Assembly (NCBI GenBank): GCA_026026165.1
Contig: JAPEUD010000026.1
Coordinates: 186,001-250,000 of the forward strand
Reading direction: 5' to 3'
DNA length: 64,000 bases
DNA from: Sarea resinae
Lineage: Eukaryota
This document shows, piece by piece, positions 1-11,557 of this stretch. Numbering within the stretch: position 1 is the stretch's first letter; each line of letters begins with the position of its first letter. The notes beneath the pieces are model-generated. The model was not told the origin of the DNA and did not search any database. It saw only the letters and a list, made by a program, of their open reading frames with translations. The position numbers were made by a program, and so were the translations under genes.

Positions 1-1008
1 ACAATTGTATCAAGCAGATGAGACAGGCAGGACGCTCATCAATTAATTCAACGGGCCCGTGAATGATCTCCAGGAAAAGCAGTCACTCTTATACCACCCT
101 TTACCATGACGGTTCTCCCATCCTTTGTATCATCTTTCATCTATTCATCCATTCACCACCGCCACGACCTCTTTTGTCTCCTTTCCTTTGTTCCTCGTGC
201 ACACACACACACACACACAGATACAAACACAAACAGCCTGCCAACCCTCGTGTCCCCTATAGCCAGTCCCGTCCCCGGCTTTCTTTGTCTACCATCCATA
301 GCGAGCGTCCAACAATGGCAACAATGATCGCACACAACCCCGCCAGCAAAGCTAAAACGTTAGCTTGGCTTCCTACACTTGTTCCAGCCTGCGACATTCT
401 TTGGATTTCTTCGTCGACGAGAGAGCGACTTGGGAGGCGAGCCAATCACTCAGTCAGTCAGTCCTCTTTCTTGTCTGTCTCGGGACCTAGCCCTCTCTGG
501 TTCGGGGCTCATTGTGATACCTTTGCTCGGTATCGTCTTGTAGATTGTTCGACTTTTTGGGAGGGTGGAATCTTTGAAGCGCGAAATCCTTTCTTTCTTT
601 CTTCTCTTCTCTTCTCATCTCTTTTACACTTTCCTTGATCTTTACATTCAAATCCTACTGTGCGTGACAAGGCTATCCCATCAAGGAAGTAAAGAGCGCC
701 GAACTTTTATTTTGCTTCCTTGCTCTCTCTGTGACGGACTATTCTCCTCATTACGAGACTGCGCCTGGCGACTCAAGAGTCAGTCAGAGCTTAGAGGGTT
801 ATCAGACTCTCATCTTGAGTCATGAGACACAGCCATTGTCTATATGCACACGGCCACCTACACTATCACACAAACCCGCAGACTTGGTAGACAGCGTCCC
901 GAGCACCATGAGACTTGGAATCTATTCGTTCTGGAAACATCGCTTTCCAATGCGAGACCTAAAAGTAGACCCAACGCGGTTCGTGGATTGAAAACCCATA
1001 TAGCATAT

Positions 1009-1333
1009 CTAGAAGCCCCTGCCTACGCGCGGCGTCGTGGGTCGACGAACCGCCCCCTGCGTGGCAATTCGTCGTACCGCACTCTTCACGGCCTTCTTCT
1101 CCACCTTTCCATCTTTCTCCAACTCCGCCTTCTTACGAGCTTCCTCCCGCGCCCTGTCTTCGGCCATTTGGGTCTCGAGTTCCATCTTTTTGTTGAATTC
1201 GCGCTCGGTGACGCGTTTGGTTTGGTTCGCCGAGGCACCGGCAGAGGGGTTGAGGTAGGATTTCTCTTTCAGGGTGTAGAAGACCGAGCCAAGGTCGGCG
1301 AGCCACTGTTTGAGGTCTTAGTTGGCGGGCAAA

Positions 1334-1418
<85 letters not shown>

Positions 1419-4189
1419 AGGGAAAGACTTACGTAGGGATCGACGGCCGTGACGGTGGACATGTATTCCTTGCTCGTGAGAATAAGTTCGTGATAGATGA
1501 CGTACTCGGGCAAAACTCCCAGGCCGTATAACGCAGAGGTAGGATGTAGCTGCACGCCGACACTCGTACGCAGGTTGACATATTCGCCTATCCCGCGCAC
1601 CTTTGCCGCCTGATGATAGTAGCCCGAACAGATGCACTTGCGGATGATATCCCAATCTGTGCCACAGGAGCTCAGTTGCATCTTCTGCACACTCATGATA
1701 TCGGCCAATTGTTCTCGGATTTCTTTCGCGCGCCGCAAGGCCTTTGGGTGCAGGAAATGGCGCACACACCAAGCGTCGCTGTGGCCATTGGACCGCCATT
1801 GTGTGTAGACGTGTAGGAGGGTTAGGTGGTCGCTCTCGGGAACGAAGAATTTTTCGCGGGCAGCATCGGCTTCTTCCTGACGTTCTTTCGGGCGATAAAA
1901 TACACTGGGGACGGAAAGCATGGAGACGATTGTGAGGATCTCGTCTGAGCAGCCGTAATCTTGTGATGTTAGTAAAAGTTTACCAAGAGACGGGTCCATG
2001 GGGAAGGCGGTCATTTTGCGGCCTAGGGCAGTGAGATCGCCAATGTTGTCGAGCGCGCCAAGGGCCCAGAGGTCGAACAGGGAGGTTGTGATGGTATCTT
2101 GGGGAGGGGGATCCATGAAATCAAAGTCAAGAAGATCTTTGACGCCCAGTGATTTGAGGAGGAGGACCGTGTTGGCAAGGTTGGTGCGTTGAATTTCGGG
2201 AATGGTTTGAATATACATGTCGTTTTTGAAGGCGAGTTCGGTATATAGATGAAACGCCTTTCCTGGGCCTGTGCGGCCTGCACGACCGGCACGTTGAGAG
2301 GCGTTTGCTTGCGAGATAGGCGTGATCTGAAGGGTATCCATGCCCATGCGAGGATTGTAGACCTTAAGTTTGCTGTAGCCGGCATCGACTACGTACATGA
2401 TGCCGTCAACTGTGAGACTTGTTTCGGCGATGTTGGTGGCGACAATGACCTTTCGCACTCCTGGAGCGGCTCGCTCGAAGATTTTGGCTTGCAGGTCGGC
2501 TGGCATTTGACTGTAGATAGGTAAAATGCTTAGTTTCGGTGGGTCGTTAAGCATCTTCAGACGCTCTTCGACGAGCTCACACGTCACTTCGATATCTTCC
2601 TGGCCTGTCATGAACACTAAGATATCTCCAGGTCCTTGGGATACATGGATTGCTAGAACCTGCTTGACGGCACTGTCGACATAGTCTTCACAAGGCGAGC
2701 GAGAAAATTGTATATCGACGGGAAAGGTTCGTCCCGGGATCAAAAACTCTGGAGCCCCACCGTAGAAACGGGAGAAGCGTTCAGAGTTCATCGTAGCGGA
2801 CGTGACGATCAGCTTAAGGTCTCGGCGACGAGCGAGGACCTTTTTGATGAGACCCATTAAGACGTCTGTGTTCAATGCCCGCTCGTGCGCCTCGTCCATT
2901 ATGATGCAGGAGTACTTGTCCAGGTCGGGCTCCACAAGCGATTCCCGAAGTAGTACACCATCAGTCATATCTGTTCTTGCTGTCAGCACATCTTAAAAGG
3001 ACCACAAAGACCTGCACTTACACTTGATTGCTGTCTCTTTGCTGGTACAATCCTCGAACCGGATCGCATACCCTACTAGACCGCCCAGCTTGACCTCCAT
3101 CTCCTCGCTCACTCGCTTCGCCACACTCATGGCAGCTACACGTCGAGGTTGCGTACAGCCAATCATGCCAGATCTTGCATATCCATCCTCATACAAAAAT
3201 TGAGTCAACTGGGTCGTCTTTCCGGACCCAGTCTGGCCAACGACAACGATGACTTGGTTGTCCCGTATGACGCGTAGCAATTCTTCTCGCACAGCAAAAG
3301 CAGGGAGATATTCTCTCTGCTCCCGTAAAGTCTTGCTCTTACTGAAGACACTTTGCCCTTCGTTCTTCTTCAAATGTTCGGCAAACTTGCTTCCCCCCTT
3401 TTGCTCATCCTCGCCAGGAGCTGGAGCTGCGCTGTCCCCCTCGTCTTCTTTGATACCCATAAGATTGCCCAATGCCGTGCCGGCCACATTGGTAGCTTCT
3501 TGGGCTTGCTTCTGACGTTCCTTCTGTTGCCGTTTTTCCTTAACGACCTTACTGCCTTTTCGACTGAACACTGCCATATCACTTTGAGGATCCTTGACCG
3601 CAGGGACTGGTTCCAGCTGCTTTGTAAAGACCTTTCTCCCATCCAGAAAAGGGGGCTTCAAATCGTGAACGAGCAAGTGAACTCTGGTAGCCTCTTCATC
3701 GTCCTCGAAGTCGTTGTCGTAGTCGCGGCGTTGCGCTACGCCAGACGTTAACATCCGATTCGTCTCCCACGCGTCGACATCCTTTTGCTTCTGCACTTGT
3801 CGTGCGCTCATGCCACGGTTCTGCTTCTTCTCGGTGAGCACAGCTTCTCGCTGTTGGTCCGCCCAGGTATTCTCAGCCGATCCAAAGGGATTGTGCGTCT
3901 CATCGCCAAAGGTGTGACCGAACTCATCTCCGGCATACCAATCTCTGTCAAGCGCATTCGAGTCTGCTTGGTTCACTAGAGGCTCAGGGCCGTCGAATTC
4001 CGATTGTCGAGGGGCCGGAGAAGATCGCGATGTCCGAGAAGTAGCAGGACGTCCAGAATTCCGATAACGATCATGGGGTCGGAGAGGCGTAGAAACGGGC
4101 CTAGAAGTTCGTGAGGTCGACGGTCGAGGAGGAACGGCGAAATGCTCATTGTCCAGCTTCCTCCGCTTGGGACTGTCTTCGCGGGCCAT
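1009..4189 (-). CDS. PRP16: Pre-mRNA splicing DEAH-box RNA helicase Prp16 (3 exons: 4189-3022, 2970-1433, 1305-1009)
   Basis: [25 protein letters not shown] and QRAGRAGR helicase motifs plus the Prp16-type N-terminal [18 protein letters not shown]. Introns 2971-3021 and 1306-1432 (GTAAGT..CAG) restore IK|YMTDG and DPY|WLADLG. Confidence 0.95.
1334..1414. repeat. Poly-G homopolymer (81 nt; poly-C on the PRP16 sense strand, inside its last intron)
   Basis: Direct reading of the sequence. Confidence 0.9.
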
Positions 4190-4551
4190 GGTAGTATCTA
4201 CCAACGAAACCAATATTGATATGACGGCTGCCTGCAGCTGCCAGCCCTCGTCTCGCGTATTGCCAATTTCTATTGAGAGGTTATTGAGAGCATCCACGGA
4301 TTGCTTGATGAGAGAGGCCGGGGTAAAGATATCTCGACGGCAGCGGCCGAGGCCAGCACGACGTATTATTACGGCATTCCATACACGCCAGATATGCAGT
4401 CAAAAGTTTAGGCAAAATTATTTTGGCGACCGCTTCGAAATCCTCGGGTGTTGGAGCTATCAATATCTGCCCTAATCGCAGCACAAACTAAGCAGGTTGA
4501 ATCTGGTGCATTTATGCGCCTCCCTGCGCACACAATTCTCGATCAGTCACG

Positions 4552-6360
4552 ATGTCTATGATCACGGCAACTGCATGGGTGCCGCGCGGATTTGCCGCCC
4601 CGTTTCCCACGAAGTATGATTTCAATGAGGAAGAGTTTGAGCGGATCGCAAAGCTCGCAAAACTGCAGCTGGACGATGCCAAAGAAGATTTGGACGAGGC
4701 ACAGAACGGAGAGACGAGCGGGGCCGAAGAGAAGGCTCATGATTCAAATCACACGAAGGAAAAGTCCACAGTAAAAGAGACGAAAGGCAAAGCGTAGGTT
4801 TCCGTCATCCGAATGCTCTGCACGGGCAATTGTTGACGCCAGTCCCCCGCAGTGATCTTGATGATGACCTCAAAGAATATGACCTCGAACATTACGACAG
4901 TGACGCTGGAGACGAAAAGGATGGGGAGAGCATGGCCATATTCGGGAACGTCAAATCATTAGCTTATCACCAGTCGAACGAGGAAGACCCTTACATCACC
5001 ATGAAAGAGGAGGAAGAGCGGGACGAGGAGCGGGAAGAATTACAGATCCTGGGAACGGACAATCTACTGCTAGCGACGAAGATCGAGGACGAGGTCGCGC
5101 ATCTCGAAGTGTACCTCTACGAAGACCAGGCCGACAACCTTTATGTTCATCATGATATCATGTTACCGGCAATACCCTTATGCGTTGAGTGGCTCGACAT
5201 ACCCGTCGGCAAGCCTGGCGTCGAGAAGGATTCGAGAGGAAACTTCGTCGCTGTCGGAACGTTTGATCCGGATATCGAAATCTGGGATCTTGATACTGTG
5301 GATTGCATGTACCCAAATGCCATACTCGGTCAGGGCAGCGAAACCAAGGATGCAGGAAGTGAAGCCAGTAAAAAGAGCAAGAAGAAGAAGAAGAAATCCA
5401 AAAAGGCCAACGATGATTTCCATGTCGATGCCGTCCTATCCCTTGCTGCGAATCGCCTCCACCGAAATCTGCTAGCATCGTCATCTGCCGACCAGACTAT
5501 CAAACTGTGGGATCTAAACACGGCCAAATGCGCCAAATCATACTCATATCATACGGATAAAGTGGGCTCATTAGCCTGGCATCCAAGAGAGTCAACGATT
5601 CTCCTGAGCGGAAGCTGCGATCACACCGTCGTGGCAGCTGATATGCGGGCGCCAACAGCCCAAGCTCCCAGATGGGGCGTTGAAAGTGACGTCGAGAGTG
5701 TGCGATGGAATCCTCACGACCCCAACTTCTTCTACGTCAGCTGCCCCTTTACCTGGATCTCTTGTTCATGCGCGAAATACTGACGGTCCCTAGATTGCCA
5801 CCGAACAAGGCATCGTCCACCACCACGACGCCCGAAACGCCCCCTCCTCGCTCTCGTCCACCAAACCCCTCTGGACCCTCCACGCCCACGACGAATCCGT
5901 TTCCTCCTTCGACGTCAACCCAATCATCCCGGGTTTCCTCGCCACCGGCTCAACCGACAAAGAAGTCAAGCTCTGGAACGTGCAAGCCGACGGGCCCAGC
6001 ATGGTGGTGTCTCGCAACCTCGGCGTAGGCAAAGTGTTCTCGGCTACATTTGCGCCGGATCAAGAGGTTGGGTTTCGTCTTGCGGTCGCCGGTAGCCAGG
6101 GCGTCGTGCAGATCTGGGATACGTCGACGAACGCGGCGGTCAGAAGGGCATTTGCTGAGAGGGTTGCCCCCGTGGAGGGCGAGGTCGAGGAGAGGCTAGT
6201 GGGTGTCGAGGAGGACGACAGTGAGTCAGAGTCGGAGGCAGAAGCAGACGCGGAGGCCGGCGAGGCGGAGATGGGCGAGGCTGCCGACGAGGACGAGAAC
6301 GATGATGATGATGAAGGAGAAGAGGCGAAGGACGGATGGGAATCCATGGAGGAGGATTGA
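4552..6360 (+). CDS. PWP1: Periodic tryptophan protein 1, WD40 ribosome biogenesis factor (exons 4552-4793, 4853-5735, 5794-6360)
   Basis: N-terminal MITATAWVPRG, LYVHHDIMLPAIPLCVEW, WD repeats and acidic C-tail. Introns 4794-4852 and 5736-5793 join three ORFs in frame. Confidence 0.93.
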
Positions 6361-7919
6361 ACGGTCTTAGATAGCTACGCGATTGGATGTCTCGGTCAAG
6401 CTCAGCCATAGCATAGATGCCGAGCCCGCTGCACGTTCGGGACATTGCGAGCTCGACATCTGTCGTTGGGTTTTTGAAAGAGTACAGAAATTTTACTTAC
6501 CTTCTTGGCCATTGCCGTGCTCGCTCGGCCGGGCCATCTATGCGCGGCCCGGCAATCAGATGCAATGCGCGCTCGGCATCAAATGGATCATCTCTCGTTT
6601 GGAGTCCTCAATGTCTGAGATCCATCAAAGCTCTCGGATGGCAGTGTGCACATGGCTGAGGCAAACAAATCGTCACTTTCGCATCACTTTCATCATGACT
6701 CTTGAGCATCTCAGATCACGTTGCAGCCGTGACTGAATGAGTGAGCAAGTGAGCAAAATGTTTTACAAGCCCTTACATGCACGCAAACGATACCACCCTC
6801 CTTTCCCGCGTCCAGGCCTCACATTCATCATCCATGGATCGAAGAGACAATTGCAAACCCTCGCCTCTCACCTGTCTCAGAGGGATGGGTGTATGAGGAC
6901 TTGGCCCATCACTTCTACTTCTTTTTCGAGTTCGACATCTACATGAGCTCTCCAGCCGAGGTATGTTCTGTACTGATTTGATTGCCTGCGACCGTCGTCG
7001 ACGAGGGAGGTGGCATATTTTGTTTGTGGTGTATGGATGGCTCAACCAGCGGAGTGTATTGTCTAGGTACGTAGGTAGTACCTTACCTTACCTTACTTGG
7101 CATCCGATGTCTGTCAATCGACCGTCGCGTGCCACCACCACCACCACCACCACCTTAGGTTCTCGCCTTTACCTCAGATACCGTTACAGCATCGATCATG
7201 GATCCATAACACCTGCCTTGCCTGACCTTGTCGTGTTTGTGAATACTTACTCGTCATGATTGATATGCACCATCTGAATCTGTCTTGCTCCCTACCATAC
7301 AAACAAAAAAGTTCATTGTCTTGGTGCCGCCCACAAGGTCTGCGACGGGGAGAGCAGCGGCTCCGGTGTCACAATCCCTCACACCAAGATAACTGAAGTA
7401 GGGTTCCTTTTGTGAGTTTGTCGAGAGGCTTTAGGCTTTAGGCTTTCGGACCAGTCGTCGTGTTCTCGAGGCCTCGTGGGCAAGCGTCCGAGAGCAGCGG
7501 GCCCAGGATAAGTGCTATGTATGTAGTAGGAGTGGGGGAGGGGCGAATCAGCAGCATATGTCAAGAGGATCAGATCTATCTATCTATTACTACTGTTATC
7601 GGGAGGTGATGGGAGTGGAGTGGAGTGGCGGCTGCGCGGGTGCGGGTGCGACGTGTGAGTTGCGACATAGTGCGGTATATCAAATGTGGATTGCGACATG
7701 CGATCCATATGATAGTAGAGTAGAGTAAGGTAGCGCGTGTGTGAGTACTCATAGAGGAGTAGTAGTAGTACTGCTTGGTCCCAGCCGATGAGACTACCTA
7801 CTCCTACACACCCCGATGCGGAGACGAGGCGTCTCGACGTTTCGAGGGGGGAGAGAATGCGACTCGAGACGTTTGGGCCATGTCAAGTCCGAGGGGTGTT
7901 GATTGGTCGGGCAAGGGGC

Positions 7920-7972
7920 GGTTTCGAAGGTCTCGAAGGTTTCGAAGGTCTCGAAGGTTTCGAAGTCGAAGT
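7920..7972. repeat. 9-bp tandem repeat GGT(T/C)TCGAA, about 5 copies
   Basis: gtttcgaaggtctcgaaggtttcgaaggtctcgaaggtttcgaag read directly. Confidence 0.85.
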
Positions 7973-8921
7973 TCGCGTAGTCGATCAGTGGTGGTGCAAC
8001 GGATTACGGAGTAGTCGGATGAGTCTGTTTCTGAAGTCGTGGTGGCATCAGGAGGGAGCTGCAGTGATCGATCGTTTTCTGGTGAGCTGCCGATGTTCTT
8101 GTACTCGAGCAGGCTCTTGACCTCTCTTGTTACCTTACTGTCACTGTATCCGTCCATGGGATGCAGGCAATACTCCGGAGTACTCCGTACTCGAGGTAAG
8201 GCGGATGGCCCCTCGACCCTGGGCGGAAGGGCGTCCCGCGCTGTTGAAAAGTCTGATTTTGGCGTTTCGGTACTTGGGGATGTGGCTCTGTTAGTAGGTA
8301 CCTTATTCTGTACTCTACCAAACGTGAGCACGCGCGATGACCTGGCTCGGTACCGTCGAGGACTTGAGAGTACGACGAGTGGGCAGTCGTCGTGGGTCGA
8401 GATGGAGTACGCTGAAGTCGAACCGAGTCCCCCGCCATCCAGTCCGGTCGACAAGAGCCATGTGGATGTGCCTTTTCCCTGACGCTACCCTGTCACGTCC
8501 TCCTTCCCCGTTGAGTTTACGGTCCGATGGATGCGACTCAGACAGACAGACGGACAGACAGCAGACAGCAGACAAACAGACAAGGCCCCTCGGCCCCTCC
8601 ACCCCCTCCACCCCTTCCCTCTAGGGCTTGCCCGTCCTGCTTTCAAGCTTGTGTTTCCCTTGTCCACCCCCTCCACCAAGCCACGATGGGAAGTGATGTG
8701 ACTGCCTGTCTGCCTGACGCTCCCACGATGGGTTTACTCTCCTCGTCGGTGGCCCTTTGTTCGGCCTTGTCCTCGACTCATCACGGTTAGCATTGCGCTA
8801 CCAATCCGCTACCCAATCCACCAATACTGAGTAGGTATGAGTACTTGTTCGTGGCTAAAAGGTAAAATCTGCTAGACTCGACGGGAACGGGTGCGACGGT
8901 ACAACAGTCGGCGAGCCGGTG

Positions 8922-8958
8922 ATCGAGCCATCGAGCCATCGAGCCATCGAGCCATCGA
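8922..8958. repeat. 8-bp tandem repeat ATCGAGCC, about 4.5 copies
   Basis: atcgagccatcgagccatcgagccatcgagccatcga read directly. Confidence 0.85.
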
Positions 8959-9149
8959 AAGCCATTGAACCAACCGCGGCAGCACACACACGCTCACCTA
9001 CGAGTACTCCGTACACCACACGCTGTACCTTGCACACCAACCCACACACACACAGGCCCTTACTCCGATACCACACCTCCCCCCCCCCCCTACTACCCCC
9101 AGAGTCGCCTGTCCGGGCAAGTACTCTCGACTCGACTCGATTCACTACT

Positions 9150-9400
9150 CACTCCTCCCTTCTGCGCAGGTTCACGCTCTCTTTCTCTCTCTTCTCGTTC
9201 TTTTCCCCAGATCCGTCCATTTCGCTCCTCCGTTCTAGGACTTTGTGTAACCGTCCTTATAAACGTAACATTCATTCTCTCGCGCGCGTCCTGGTTGTAC
9301 GCCCTCTTTCGTCGTCGACAACACCGACTCTCTCTCTATCTGTATCCAATCTGACTCGGACTGTGTCCGCTGGAATATAACCCCTTCGTCCACTCACTCG
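9150..9400 (+). promoter_or_regulatory. Putative core promoter (CT-rich tracts, TATAAA at 9258-9263) of the 9801 gene
   Basis: Pyrimidine-rich tracts and a TATA-like box upstream of an ATG-free leader. Inferred from typical fungal promoter architecture. Confidence 0.4.
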
Positions 9401-9800
9401 ACGCTCGCTGCAGCGCATCGCAGACCACTATCCTTCGATCCTTTGATCATATCGATACTGCTAGCCAGAATATCGACACAGACCCGCAATCAGCTATACC
9501 TCTTCTCTTATCCAAGAGAAGACCCGAACCCGGACCATATATCACCCAACGCGACGAATTCGCATCATAATCGCGTACGATAGTCGACCACCCTCTGAAC
9601 TCGACGCATCATTTCGCACCAAGGGAGACTGGTGAAGAGTATCACATCATCTTCTCACTCGTCCGATAACACACACCTTCTAAAGCGACGTTACGACTTG
9701 ACTGTGAACCTGAAAACTATCCGCGACTTCGATCACGTACCAGCGGACCTTCCAACCCTCCACGCGCAATCATATCGACAGAATTACATCCTCATCAAAC

Positions 9801-10553
9801 ATGACCTCCACAATGTCTCTTGCGCGCGCGTTCACGAAACGAAACAAGCGTCCCGAGATGCCTGGCCGAGCTGGCAGCACTCGGGGAAGTGGCCGGCCCG
9901 TCTTGCGACACCAGATATCGGCGCCACTTCAGCTCCTCTCAACGACCAACATGTTGTCCTTTGAGGCACCCGACATCCACGGCTCATCGGCCTCCTCGAC
10001 GATTATCTCAGAAGACTCGGAGAGCCCGAGAACGATGCGACGAAGCCCTGACACGACTCCCGACACCTCTTCCATCGAATCTCCCCCCACTTCACCCGAG
10101 ACCAACCACCTTTCAGGATTCTTTCAACCCGGTCAGGCATTAGACTCGACTGCAGGCCCTCACCGGAAGAGTAGCTCGTCCACTGAAGACTCTCCCGCCG
10201 TTCCGAAGAGAGCTCTGTCACACACCAAAGCTACCCACAAGGCTCTCGCGCGCCATCGATCTATTTCATCGAAACGAAGTACCCCCGACAACCTTCACTC
10301 GGCGCAGATGCGTAGTTCGGTGGACATGTTTAGCGGCGACGTTGATCCCAGTCACCCGTTCGGAAAGGAGCTGGAGCAAGTCAACGAGCTAGTCGAGGAC
10401 TTTGGTTGTAAAGATACTGTGATCGACGAGGATACGCGATTCTTGCGCCAAAGGGGCCTCAGGAAATTCGCCGTGCAAGACTATCTCATGGAGATTGAAG
10501 GCCTGTATGGTGGTGTCTTTGAAGACAAGATGATGAGTCCGGCGTGGATCTAG
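9801..10553 (+). CDS. Conserved fungal hypothetical protein, Ser/Pro-rich and intronless (start may be 9813, MSLARAF)
   Basis: 250-aa ORF with protein-like blocks RHQISAPLQLLSTTNMLS and HPFGKELEQVNELVEDFG...YLMEI...AWI*. Coding-like composition flanked by UTR-like low-complexity DNA. Confidence 0.75.
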   Translation: MTSTMSLARAFTKRNKRPEMPGRAGSTRGSGRPVLRHQISAPLQLLSTTNMLSFEAPDIHGSSASSTIISEDSESPRTMRRSPDTTPDTSSIESPPTSPETNHLSGFFQPGQALDSTAGPHRKSSSSTEDSPAVPKRALSHTKATHKALARHRSISSKRSTPDNLHSAQMRSSVDMFSGDVDPSHPFGKELEQVNELVEDFGCKDTVIDEDTRFLRQRGLRKFAVQDYLMEIEGLYGGVFEDKMMSPAWI

Positions 10554-11557
10554 CGTCGTCACATTCCGTCCACGGATCAGTCTCTGGAAGGACTGGCTTC
10601 CTCAGATCTCAGACGACTGAAGCTCACGACATTGCTGGCGCGCTCAGGTTCATGGTTTTCCTTACTTTCTTTTCGTTGTTCATACTTTCTCCATTTTCCT
10701 CTCACTTCGGCTTGTTTCGATGGGAGCGGCAGGAGTGGGGCGGGAGGACGTGGTCATGAAGCGGGCGAACGAAAACGCGGGGTGGCAGGGATGGAGTTGG
10801 CTTAGCCGGAACTTTTCTCTCTTTTTCACTTCTACTGCTGGTTGGTTGGGATCACTTTACATAAGGGAGTTTCTTTTTTCCTCCTGTCCATTCCTTGACG
10901 ACAACAGAGTCATGTTACCTGATGCTCTCGACGATGCCTGGGTCCCGTTTTGCTTGGGAAAGATGTGTGTGCTACTGCGCGTGGCGTGGGGAATCAATGT
11001 GCTATTCTCGTTCCATCTGTGCCTGCTCCTTGAGTGACGCTGCCTCTGAATGCGTGAGTGAGCGAGTGAAGTCGGTCCTCGTCGATGGTGAGTCAATTGA
11101 CGTGTCGAGACCGTCCTTGGAAGGAAAGAGTAAACGAGGCGTCATCTTGAAGTGCTGCATCAAAGCCGGCTCATCTCCATGATTGAGGCCGCGCGATTGG
11201 AATCGCAATTGAAAGGAGTCATAATAGAGCGTGAGGAGCGGCATCACCGCACTAGGCCCTGTATGGTTGCGCTGGTGTGGCTCGCTAGTACCCGGGGCAC
11301 GGTACTCCAGATTGGGCGATGTGCTCTAGCAATCCGAAGTACCGGCGTCTCTCGTCTATCTCACTCGCTTTTTGGCCTTTCTGCCTACCTGAGGGTAGAG
11401 GTAGACACCGCCTTTTTCATCGCCATCACCACCACACTACCGCACCACCGCCTCACCCCTCCCACCTCTTCTCACGCGGTCGACGTTTGCTCTCTGCTCT
11501 CTTCCGTTCATCGCGCCTCTCCTTCAAATCCGCCAATGAGTCCGGTCCATCGAAGCC

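Noticed and set aside
257..445. Small minus-strand ORF with a TM-like segment following a GCTAAC..TTTTAG acceptor-like site
   Set aside because: I could not link it to an in-frame start exon. The region looks like UTR/terminator DNA of a gene outside the window.
844..1799. ORFs with poly-Gly/poly-Pro runs, including the poly-Pro tail of the 618-aa ORF
   Set aside because: Read-through of the homopolymer inside PRP16 intron 1306-1432; splicing restores the conserved helicase C-terminus.
7920..7972. Repeat as a heat-shock element or CRISPR-like array
   Set aside because: GAA/TTC spacing does not match nGAAnnTTCn; there are no unique spacers; the context is eukaryotic.
7804..8482. 216-aa and 147-aa overlapping ORFs
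   Set aside because: No recognisable motifs; partly generated by the 9-bp tandem repeat and GTAC-rich motif DNA.
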